This document shows positions 39,345 to 47,750 of a stretch of 64,000 bases of DNA, in pieces. Below the pieces are notes generated by a model. It saw only the letters and a list, made by a program, of their open reading frames with translations. It had not been told where the DNA came from and ran no database searches. The DNA comes from Armatimonadota bacterium (lineage in GTDB: Bacteria > Armatimonadota > SYMT01), in the NCBI GenBank assembly GCA_041690135.1, contig JAWLHY010000004.1, positions 288,001 to 352,000 of the forward strand, written 5' to 3'. Position numbers and translations under genes: made by a program. How positions within the stretch are numbered: the first letter of the stretch is position 1; every line of letters starts with the position of its first letter.

Positions 39345-40652
39345 TCAGGCGGTGACCAGCTGGCGCCGGACGCTATCCGGGTCCAGGCGGGAAATCTCCG
39401 CGCCGGCGGTCTGGAGCTTCTCCACCAGGTCGCCGTAACCACGGTCGACATGCTCGACCCCGCTGATGGTGGACTCGCCGTCGGCGCCGAGGGCCGCCAC
39501 AATCATCGCCGCCCCGGCACGCAGGTCGGTCGCCATGACCGAGTTGCCGTAGAGCTTCTCCACGCCGTGGATGAACGCCGTGCGGCCTTCCACCCGGATG
39601 TCCGCCCCCATGCGCTGGAGTTCGGTGACGTAGCGGAACCGGTTCTCGAACACGCGGTCGGTCACCATGGCCGCCCCCTCGCTCACCGCCAGCAGGGCCA
39701 CCATCGGCTGCTGCATGTCGGTCGGGAAACCCGGATGAGGCATCGCCAGGATATCCACCGCCCGGGTCCGCTGCCGGGCCACGATCCGCAGATCGCCCGG
39801 TGACTCGGGGCTCACGTAGTTCGGGTGGATCTCCACGCCCATGTCGGCCAACTTCACCAGGACCGGCTGCAGGTGGGAGGCCACCACGTTCTGCAGTACC
39901 ACGTCCCCGTGCGTAATCGCCGCGGCGCACGCGAACGTGCCCGCTTCCATCCGGTCCGGAATCACGGAATACTCGACGTCCGTGCGCAGCCGCCGGACCC
40001 CTTCCACTACCACGGTGGAAGTTCCGGCACCCTCGATCCGGGCCCCCAGCGCCCGCAGGAAGTTAGCCAGGTCGGCTACCTCGGGCTCGCTGGCGGCATT
40101 CTCGATCACGGTCACGCCGTCCGCCAGACAGGCGGCGGACATGATGTGAGTCGTTGCGCCCGCGCTGGGAAAATCGAGGTAGATACTGGCGCCGTGCAGT
40201 CCCCGGGCATACGCCTCGACCACGCCGGCTTCCGTTTCCACGTGCGCACCCAGGGCCCGCATGCCCTTGATATGGAAGTCCACCGGCCGGGCGCCGATGT
40301 CGCAACCGCCGGGCTGCGCCACCCGGGCCGCCCCCAGCCGCGACAGCATGGGCCCCAGCACGTAGAACGAGGCCCGCATCTTGGTGACCAGTTCTTGCGG
40401 CGCGCTCGTGCGGTTGAACCCGCGAGCATCGATCTCCACGACCCCATTCGGGCTGAAGCGAACCTCCGCACCCACTTCCACCAGCATCTCAGCCATGGTG
40501 TGGATGTCGCGGATATCCGGCACGTTGCGAAGCGTCGTCTTCCCCTCTACCAGGAGACACGCCGCCATAATCGCCAGGCTGGCGTTCTTACTACCGCTGA
40601 CCTGGATCGCACCCTGCAACGGTTTTCCACCGCGAACGTAGATTCTTTCCAC
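39345..40652 (-). CDS. murA: UDP-N-acetylglucosamine 1-carboxyvinyltransferase
   Basis: SGSKNA, MRASF, PGGCDIGARP (active-site Cys), PDRMEAGT, PGFPTDMQ, TDLRAGA. GTG 40652 with SD AGGAGG. Confidence 0.96.
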   Translation of the reverse strand: MERIYVRGGKPLQGAIQVSGSKNASLAIMAACLLVEGKTTLRNVPDIRDIHTMAEMLVEVGAEVRFSPNGVVEIDARGFNRTSAPQELVTKMRASFYVLGPMLSRLGAARVAQPGGCDIGARPVDFHIKGMRALGAHVETEAGVVEAYARGLHGASIYLDFPSAGATTHIMSAACLADGVTVIENAASEPEVADLANFLRALGARIEGAGTSTVVVEGVRRLRTDVEYSVIPDRMEAGTFACAAAITHGDVVLQNVVASHLQPVLVKLADMGVEIHPNYVSPESPGDLRIVARQRTRAVDILAMPHPGFPTDMQQPMVALLAVSEGAAMVTDRVFENRFRYVTELQRMGADIRVEGRTAFIHGVEKLYGNSVMATDLRAGAAMIVAALGADGESTISGVEHVDRGYGDLVEKLQTAGAEISRLDPDSVRRQLVTA

Positions 40653-40870
40653 TTCTGCCTGCCTCCTATCTCCCTCCCGGTCCCCCGTCGGACCGGTATT
40701 ACCCAACTGGGGTCCCGATTCCCACCCACGAGAATTGTCGGTAAGATCCTGGCTGCGAGGCACTCCTTCATTACGAGGAGCGCCCGCCTGAACATGGGGT
40801 GGAATGTGGACTTCCAAGAGGTGAATTCTGGGGGTGGACGGGCCGGGGGAACGTCGGATCGGCCCCCGAA

Positions 40871-40899
40871 ATGATACCGGCCGACCACCCCACTGTCAA
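40871..40899 (-). promoter_or_regulatory. Sigma70-type promoter of murA
   Basis: TTGACA-17 nt-TATCAT on the minus strand. Confidence 0.75.
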
Positions 40900-41235
40900 T
40901 TCGTTCCGCCACCGGCCACCCACCGAATCGGTCCCTTTGGATAGTGGGTTTCGGCCGCCATGGAGTTCAACCGAAGCGAGGAAAGATTTCCCGAGAGGTC
41001 CCCGAGGGGTTCGGAGGGACAAGGGAGGACCAGCGAGGACCACGGTCGGCATAGAGCGGTATGGGAGAGCGCGAAGCGGCTCCGAAACCCGAAGACCGGA
41101 ACCGTTTGGCACCGCGGACTCGTTTGGGGTATTGGGCGGAAGTAAGAGTCGTGCTCCCGTGGCGGCCGGAACCGTGGCGATGTCCCGTTCCACCGCGCAT
41201 GTCCCGCGAAGGCGTACCCACCGAGGGAGGCGTGC

Positions 41236-42486
41236 CTGATTCCCGACATCCTGGAGCGATTGCAGACCCCCGAAGGGGAGGCGGCCCTAGCGAAAGCCGC
41301 CGCACTGTGCGAGGACCCCTTTGCCGCCGAAAAGGTGCGCCGGCATCTCCCGGGCACGGAAGCAGAGCGGGCGGCGCTTGCGGCCGCCGCGGTAGAGCAG
41401 GTGCGACTGCGACGGCGGGCCCGGAGCAAGTTCCGCCGGGCGGACCGGATGTGGTTCGCGGGTCCGCTGTTGGAGCAGGCCTCCGGAGAAGTCATCGCGG
41501 CTTACCGGGCTCGCCGCTTCCACGACCGGACCCCTGCGGACTGTGAGGTAGGTGATTTCTGCTGCGGCCTGGGCGGGGACGCCGTGGCCCTGGCGGAATA
41601 CCGCCCGGTACGGGCCGTGGACCGGGATCCGCTCGCGCTGGCGCTCACCCGGATGAATGCGGAGGCATTCGAGGTCGGCGACCGGATCGCCGTGGTGCGG
41701 GGCCAACTGCCCGAGGAGGCGCCGGACGTGTTCGCCGCGTGGATTGACCCGGGCAGGCGGGAAACGGGAAGACGTACCCGTCGCCTGGACGCCATGTCGC
41801 CCACTATAGAGGAAGTATTGGCATTGCGAGGACGGATTCCGCACCTGGGCGTTAAGCTATCCCCGGCCACTGCGGACGAGGAGTTGGACGAAACCCTGCG
41901 CGGCATCCCGCACGAACGAGAATACCTTTCGGTGGATGGCGAGTGTCGCGAGTTGGCCCTGTGGCTGGGGAATCTCGCTATCCCCCTGGAGGACGGCACG
42001 GAGCAGGCAGCGGCGCAGCGGCGCGCCACCGTTTTACCCCTCGGCGAGTCGTTGCGGGGCGATCCCCGTGCCTTTGAGCCGGTCCGAGCGCCGGGCCGGT
42101 ATCTGTTCGAGCCGGACCCGGCGGTGATCCGGAGCGGCCTGGTCGCGGTGTTGGCGGAACAACTTGGGGCATGGTTTATTGACGGGGCGCTGGCGTATCT
42201 CTCGAGCAACACGCTCACGCCCTCCCCGTTCGCGCGGGGTTACGAGATTCTGGAAACGGAACCGTTCAGCGGAAAAGCCCTGGCCGAGCGCCTGCGACAG
42301 TTGGAGGCCGGCGACGTGGTCCTGAAGACCCGCGGGTTCGCCGCGGAACCGGAAACCTTGCATCGCCAACTTCGGAGAGTGCTAAAACATGGAAGGCCGG
42401 ACTGTCGGCCCGTTGTGTTCCTGACACGGCTGGGTGGACGGGCAATGATGATCTTTGGAGAACGTCTTGGAGCAGGAACCGACTAA
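41236..42486 (+). CDS. Class I SAM-dependent methyltransferase with THUMP-like C-terminus (start CTG 41236 or TTG 41260)
   Basis: LEQAS, DFCCGLGGD, DPGRR, KLSP, YLFEPDPAVIRSG. Confidence 0.85.
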   Translation: MIPDILERLQTPEGEAALAKAAALCEDPFAAEKVRRHLPGTEAERAALAAAAVEQVRLRRRARSKFRRADRMWFAGPLLEQASGEVIAAYRARRFHDRTPADCEVGDFCCGLGGDAVALAEYRPVRAVDRDPLALALTRMNAEAFEVGDRIAVVRGQLPEEAPDVFAAWIDPGRRETGRRTRRLDAMSPTIEEVLALRGRIPHLGVKLSPATADEELDETLRGIPHEREYLSVDGECRELALWLGNLAIPLEDGTEQAAAQRRATVLPLGESLRGDPRAFEPVRAPGRYLFEPDPAVIRSGLVAVLAEQLGAWFIDGALAYLSSNTLTPSPFARGYEILETEPFSGKALAERLRQLEAGDVVLKTRGFAAEPETLHRQLRRVLKHGRPDCRPVVFLTRLGGRAMMIFGERLGAGTD

Positions 42487-43588
42487 AACAGGCGAGCCCG
42501 TCCGGACCCCGGAGGCGAGGGGCGATGAGCCCCAGGACCTCATTGAACCGAGCGACGGCTCCGGAAACGGGCGGATGGTCTTCGTCCCGGCGGAGCCTGT
42601 TGTTGCCGATCCGGCGGAACCTGCTCTGGCCGGCCCCGTGGAGCCTCCCACCGCACTGCCGTCGAATCCGGACGCCAGAACAGAAGGCGCGGAAGGCGAC
42701 GAAACCCAGGACGCAACTTTGGGGGTGGAACCGGCGAAGGAAGAGGAGGCGATCCCCTCCCCCCCTCCCGCCCCGCTCCTGAAGACCTCGGTCATCGCGG
42801 CTCCCACAGAGGAAGCACCCCGGTTCGAAGAAACGCCCCGGTTCGAGGCGACGCTCCCGGAAGAGAAGAGTGAATCCGCTGCCCCTGCGGAAGCATCCGT
42901 CTCGCCGGGGGGAGTTCTCCCTACGGCCCCCCTTCCGTGGGTTGAAGCTTCGACCACTCCGACGCACGAACCCAATGTTGACGTTCTGCCGGACCGAGCG
43001 TTGGAAAGCGACCGGAGCCCACTTTCCGATCCGCCGGCCCCCCACGAGTTTGACGGTCTGCCGGAAAGAGGGCTGGAGGGCCCGTCCGTGGTGGGAGAAG
43101 AGATGGCAACTGCCTTCGCTCCCGAACTCGGAACGGTGGAGCCCGCGCGGAATTATCGTCGCCTGGCCACCCTCCGCATGCGACGTATGCGCCTGCTGCG
43201 ACCGGTGCCGGTCGAGGGCCGCTCGGAAGTCTCCCCCGACGCGGGCACGCAGGCGCCCCCCGCCGCCCCGCCGCGAGAGTTGCCTTACGAGACGGGGCCG
43301 AACTGGATGCTCGCGTTTGTCTGCCTGTGGGCAGGGGGAACCTCCCTGAACGAGGCATGGTACGTCGCCGGTCAGGCCGGCCTGGGCGCGGCCCTGTTGC
43401 GCAACGTGACCTTTCTCGGATATGGGGTCCTCGGTCTGGGACTGGTCGGTTTCGCGCTGGAGGCTCTGCAGCACGGCAAGCGCCGAAGCACCGCCACAAC
43501 TGTACTGACCGCCCTGGCGCCCGCACTGCTCACCCTGGCGGGGGTCATCCTGCTGGTCCTATCGAACGATCCCGGACGACGCATCTAG
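42455..43588 (+). CDS. Hypothetical protein with a Pro/Glu-rich disordered N-terminus and 3 C-terminal TM helices
   Basis: Composition and hydrophobic segments; start uncertain. Confidence 0.7.
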   Translation: MENVLEQEPTKTGEPVRTPEARGDEPQDLIEPSDGSGNGRMVFVPAEPVVADPAEPALAGPVEPPTALPSNPDARTEGAEGDETQDATLGVEPAKEEEAIPSPPPAPLLKTSVIAAPTEEAPRFEETPRFEATLPEEKSESAAPAEASVSPGGVLPTAPLPWVEASTTPTHEPNVDVLPDRALESDRSPLSDPPAPHEFDGLPERGLEGPSVVGEEMATAFAPELGTVEPARNYRRLATLRMRRMRLLRPVPVEGRSEVSPDAGTQAPPAAPPRELPYETGPNWMLAFVCLWAGGTSLNEAWYVAGQAGLGAALLRNVTFLGYGVLGLGLVGFALEALQHGKRRSTATTVLTALAPALLTLAGVILLVLSNDPGRRI

Positions 43589-43608
43589 AGCCGATAGTCA
43601 AACCACCC

Positions 43609-44637
43609 ATGGAACCGCTGAAGGACTGGTACCGCTATCTCGATCAGGTCAGTCGCCCGGTGCGACGCGACTCCGAACCGGAAGCCTCGGAAGAAGAAGC
43701 GCCCTGGCGACCCTGGAAGCAGGGCGGTGCCCGCTCCGAAGAGGCCAACGAACGCCCGGCCTTCGGTACGCTCACCACGGGTACCGAGAAAGATGAAAGA
43801 GACCGGGACCTGCCGGACAGCGTGGTGCCTCCGCCGCTCTTCCCCAACCTGAACGGCGGAGTGGTGCGGCTGGGAACCTGTATGCCGGCCGGGCGTCACT
43901 TTGAAGACCTTACGGTCAACGACACGCTGCAACCGATCCCGGAGTTCACGGTACCCCAACTGCGGCCGCCGGCCCTGGAGTTGGTGGTTCCGGTATTGCC
44001 GTCGCGGCCCGGCTGCGAAGCGGGAGAGGTGCCGGACGGCGCTCGCCAGGACTCCCCCACGCCCGCACAAACGCTAAAAGCGCGCACTGCTTCGCCTCCG
44101 CTTGAAGAGCGGGAGCGGGGTTTGCCGGAGGCGCTGGGCAATCTCCTGCAAGAGGTGGTTGAGGCCGCCGTCGAAGCCCGTCTCCGGGAACCCCAGTCCG
44201 TGCCGGGAGAGGATGCGGAGGTCGAGATCAGCGGAAAGCAACCGCCCCAGCCCGGGGAGGGAGAAACGGTTGAAACGGCGGACGAGGAAACCACCCTTTC
44301 CGAGCGCGCCCCGCGTCATTGGGATTTGCTCACCCAGATTCGCGGACGCGATGTGGCCCAGAACAGCTACAAGTCTCCCTTCCAGGAGACCCGCGAGGAG
44401 TTGGTCCAGCGCCTCCTCGACCCGGAACTGACCCTGGAAGAAACGGCCCGCCTCTTGGACGTTTGCCCCACAACCGTCCGCCGCTACACGAACAAGGGGC
44501 AACTGCGTTGCTTCCGCACGCCGGGCAACCAGCGACGTTTCCGCCTTTCCGACGTGTTCGAGTTTATGGAGCACCGATTCGCGGATTCGGGAGGAGATTC
44601 CGGTGAAGAGGAAGCGGGTGATGACGAGAAGAGTTGA
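43609..44637 (+). CDS. Helix-turn-helix (excisionase/BldC-like) DNA-binding domain protein
   Basis: LTLEETARLLDVCPTTVRRYTNKGQL..RTPGNQRRFRLSDV. Start set at ATG 43609, after the previous stop. Confidence 0.82.
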   Translation: MEPLKDWYRYLDQVSRPVRRDSEPEASEEEAPWRPWKQGGARSEEANERPAFGTLTTGTEKDERDRDLPDSVVPPPLFPNLNGGVVRLGTCMPAGRHFEDLTVNDTLQPIPEFTVPQLRPPALELVVPVLPSRPGCEAGEVPDGARQDSPTPAQTLKARTASPPLEERERGLPEALGNLLQEVVEAAVEARLREPQSVPGEDAEVEISGKQPPQPGEGETVETADEETTLSERAPRHWDLLTQIRGRDVAQNSYKSPFQETREELVQRLLDPELTLEETARLLDVCPTTVRRYTNKGQLRCFRTPGNQRRFRLSDVFEFMEHRFADSGGDSGEEEAGDDEKS

Positions 44638-44724
44638 TACCCCGGTCGCAGCGGCGAAGAACCTTCGGGCCGGGACACCCCCGGCCCTGGGACGCGCCGT
44701 TGTTTGGGGCCGTGCGCCAAGCGC

Positions 44725-45219
44725 TCAGCGAACGGCCCGGGCTATTTGAACCATTTCGTCATCGGATAGAACGCACGAACTGAGAATGACGGCGCTTTCC
44801 GCCTCGTTCCAGAAAAGCCGGCGCTCTCCCCCATTCCCCGTGATGAAGAACCCCTGCTTGCCGTTGAGCTCGACCGTGGCCTCCGCCTGTTCCTGAAACA
44901 GGTTGTGATGGTACCGGTCGCGCACCGGCTCGCGCCGCTCTTGCGAGAGAATGCAGAGCGACCGATCCTGTTCATCCGTGAAATCTTGCAGGATTCTCAC
45001 CTGACCGCGCATGGCGCCGCGGATGCCGACGCGGCCACCGTATGGAAGCCAGGTCGGCGCGTAGAGATGGTACCCGAGTTCTCGCTCGAGTGTGTAGAAC
45101 CGTTCGTTCGCGATGCGCGGATCGGCGCCGCGCGTGAGCACAGGGTTCAGCCCCAGGCTGCCCGTAATTCCCAGCAGCACCAGCAGTGGTGCGACTACGA
45201 CCCATTGTTTCTGCGGCAT
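44725..45219 (-). CDS. Exported hypothetical protein (DUF4367-like)
   Basis: N-terminal TM; PTWLP..; VELNGKQG..LFW..LSDDEMVQIARAV. Confidence 0.65.
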   Translation of the reverse strand: MPQKQWVVVAPLLVLLGITGSLGLNPVLTRGADPRIANERFYTLERELGYHLYAPTWLPYGGRVGIRGAMRGQVRILQDFTDEQDRSLCILSQERREPVRDRYHHNLFQEQAEATVELNGKQGFFITGNGGERRLFWNEAESAVILSSCVLSDDEMVQIARAVR

Positions 45220-45486
45220 GGCAGTCTCCTTTGCGGAGCAACAAGCGAGCTTTTACGACTTGAGAGGATAAAGATGAGTGCCGTCCGTGCCTCACAAGCC
45301 AACGTGAGGCACCTCGCCTGTTGTTACTGCCGGACCTGTTATTCTCCATTATGGGAAGATCTAATCCCTTCCTCCCCCGATTATCGCCGTTCTGCCTTGA
45401 TTTTGTAGAAAGAGGACTCGGTCGCAGGAGCGCCGAACGACCGAAAGACCCGATCCCTGGGCCCCCGGGTGAGAAAGAGTGAACCA

Positions 45487-46479
45487 GTGAGCGACGAGCA
45501 GATTTATGACGTTACGATCATAGGCGGCGGCCCTACCGGCCTCTTCGCGGCCTTCTACGCCGGCATGCGGCAGATGTCCACGAAGATCATCGATGGACTG
45601 GAAGAGCTCGGAGGCCAGTTGACGGCCCTGTATCCCGAGAAGTTCATCTTCGACGTTCCGGGGTTCCCCAAGGTCCTGGCTAAGGACCTGGTGGCGGCCC
45701 AGGTGGAACAGGGACTTCAATACGGCGCCACCGTGGTCCTGGGGCAGAAGGTGACCCATTTGGAACGGCGCGAGGACGGCATCTGGCGCCTGGGGAGCGA
45801 GAAGGGCCACGAGCACCTGAGCCGGACGGTGGTTATCACCGCCGGGGCGGGAAGTTTCTCACCCCGCAAGCTGCCCCTGGAGAACGTGGAGCGATGGGAA
45901 GGACACGGCATCCACTACTTCGTCCGGGACACCAGCTACTTCCAGGGACGGCAGGTGCTGATCGTCGGCGGCGGCGACAGCGCAGTTGACTGGGCGCTGC
46001 ACCTGGAGCACGTGGCGAGCAAGGTCATGCTGATCCACCGGCGCGACAAGTTCCGCGCTCACGAGGAGAGCGTCCAGAAACTCCTGGCCAGCAGCGTGGA
46101 GGTTAACCTGTTCTGGGAAGTTGGCGGGATCGATGGGGAAGACCATGTCAGCGGCGTCGAGCTCTATTCGAACCGCTCCGACGAGCGGCGGAGAGTCCCG
46201 ATCACCGACATCATCCTGTCGCTCGGCTTCCACGCCGATCTCGGCCCGATCAAGACGTGGGGGCTGGAGATGGATCACGGTTCGATCCATGTTAACTCCC
46301 GCATGGAGACGAACCTGCCCGGCGTCTATGCCGCGGGTGACGTGACCACTTACGAAGGTAAACTGAAACTGATCGCCACCGGCACCGGCGAGGCAGCCGT
46401 GGCCGTGAACCACGCCAAGACCTTCATCGACCCCAAAAGCCGGGCCTTCCCGGGCCACAGCTCGGAGATGTCCGGGTAG
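45487..46479 (+). CDS. Thioredoxin-reductase-like ferredoxin--NADP+ reductase (YumC type)
   Basis: IIGGGPTG, GGQLTALYPEK, GGGDSAVDWA, HRRDKFRAH, GKLKLIATG, PGHSS; no CXXC. Confidence 0.9.
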   Translation: MSDEQIYDVTIIGGGPTGLFAAFYAGMRQMSTKIIDGLEELGGQLTALYPEKFIFDVPGFPKVLAKDLVAAQVEQGLQYGATVVLGQKVTHLERREDGIWRLGSEKGHEHLSRTVVITAGAGSFSPRKLPLENVERWEGHGIHYFVRDTSYFQGRQVLIVGGGDSAVDWALHLEHVASKVMLIHRRDKFRAHEESVQKLLASSVEVNLFWEVGGIDGEDHVSGVELYSNRSDERRRVPITDIILSLGFHADLGPIKTWGLEMDHGSIHVNSRMETNLPGVYAAGDVTTYEGKLKLIATGTGEAAVAVNHAKTFIDPKSRAFPGHSSEMSG

Positions 46480-46592
46480 GGACCCGCGGTGTTCGGGTGT
46501 TCAGGCCCCCCGGAGGGCCTAGTATTCAGGCGGGAGATGCTGGTCGATTGGAATTCCCCCAATCCCCAGCCCCCGACCCCCAATCCCCAAAC

Positions 46593-46928
46593 ATGAGTAG
46601 TAATCCCGCAATCCCCCGCAAGTGGGTTCCCCTGGCGGCCGCGGCCGAGGTGCCGGAAGGCAAGGGGACCCTGGTCCGCCACGGGCGGCTGGAGATCCTG
46701 ATCTTCCACGCCAACGGCGAGTGGACCGCCTACGACAACACCTGCCCCCACGCCGGGGCGCCGATCTTCGCGGAGCATTTCGACGGAGAGTGCGTCACCT
46801 GCACCTACCACGGGCTGCGGTTCCGCGCATGCGACGGCGTGTGCCCCGAGGCGCCCGGCTGGACTCTGGAGTCGTTTCCGGTGAAGCTGGAGGACGGCCA
46901 GGTCCTCGTCGGTTTCCCGGACCTCTAG
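46593..46928 (+). CDS. Rieske 2Fe-2S ferredoxin
   Basis: CPHAG...CTYHG. Confidence 0.9.
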   Translation: MSSNPAIPRKWVPLAAAAEVPEGKGTLVRHGRLEILIFHANGEWTAYDNTCPHAGAPIFAEHFDGECVTCTYHGLRFRACDGVCPEAPGWTLESFPVKLEDGQVLVGFPDL

Positions 46929-47091
46929 CGCCTCGCAGCCCTCCGGAATTTTTCTGCATTTCCCCCGCTTCTCACGCAGGGAATGGCCCCAGCGTGTGTG
47001 AACGGTGTATCAGTCGGTTTCTCCCACCCCACTGGCCGGGTGACCCGCGGCGCATGGGGTCCTGGGGAGAGTTATGAGGAGGCTTACGGCC

Positions 47092-47748
47092 ATGGACCAG
47101 GAAGAGAAGAGCCGGCCCTTTGTGGTCTCGCGTCGCTCGTTCATCCAGGGAGCGGGGGCGGGAGTCGCTGGGGCCGCGGTACTGGGCGGGTCGGCCGCGG
47201 TAGTCGCCCCGGAAGAGGCGGAGGCCGCTCCTGCCGCCCTCGAAACACAGGGGCCGGGACCGGTCAAGGTAACGCTCCAGATCAACGGTAAGAGGCACAC
47301 GGTGGAGGTGGAGCCCCGCACCACCCTGGTGAACGTCCTCCGGGGGGTCGGCAAGACCCCACTGGCGCCCGACCAGGTACTGACCGGCGCCAAGATCGGT
47401 TGCGACCGCGGCTCCTGCGGCGCCTGCACGGTGCTGGTGGACGGCAAACCCGTCTACTCCTGCCTGATGCTGGCGGTCGACGCCGAGGGAAGAAAGATCA
47501 CCACCGTCGAAGGGCTCGCGCGCGGGGACCGGCTGACACCGATCCAGCGCCAGATGGTCGAGAAGGACGGCTATCAGTGCGGTTACTGCACGCCCGGCTT
47601 CATCATGTCCCTCACCGCGCTGCTGGAGGAGAACTCCAAGCCGACGCTGGAGGAGGTGCAGATGGCCGTCTCCGGCAACACCTGCCGCTGTGGTGCTTAC
47701 CCGCGGATCTTTGAAGCGGCTCTGGCCGCCGCGAAGAAGGGGGCCTAG
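47092..47748 (+). CDS. Xanthine dehydrogenase family 2Fe-2S subunit with Tat signal (PaoA/YagT-like)
   Basis: SRRSFIQG; GCDRGSCGACTV, QCGYCTPG, CRCG; SD GAGGAGG. Confidence 0.92.
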   Translation: MDQEEKSRPFVVSRRSFIQGAGAGVAGAAVLGGSAAVVAPEEAEAAPAALETQGPGPVKVTLQINGKRHTVEVEPRTTLVNVLRGVGKTPLAPDQVLTGAKIGCDRGSCGACTVLVDGKPVYSCLMLAVDAEGRKITTVEGLARGDRLTPIQRQMVEKDGYQCGYCTPGFIMSLTALLEENSKPTLEEVQMAVSGNTCRCGAYPRIFEAALAAAKKGA

Positions 47749-47750
47749 CC

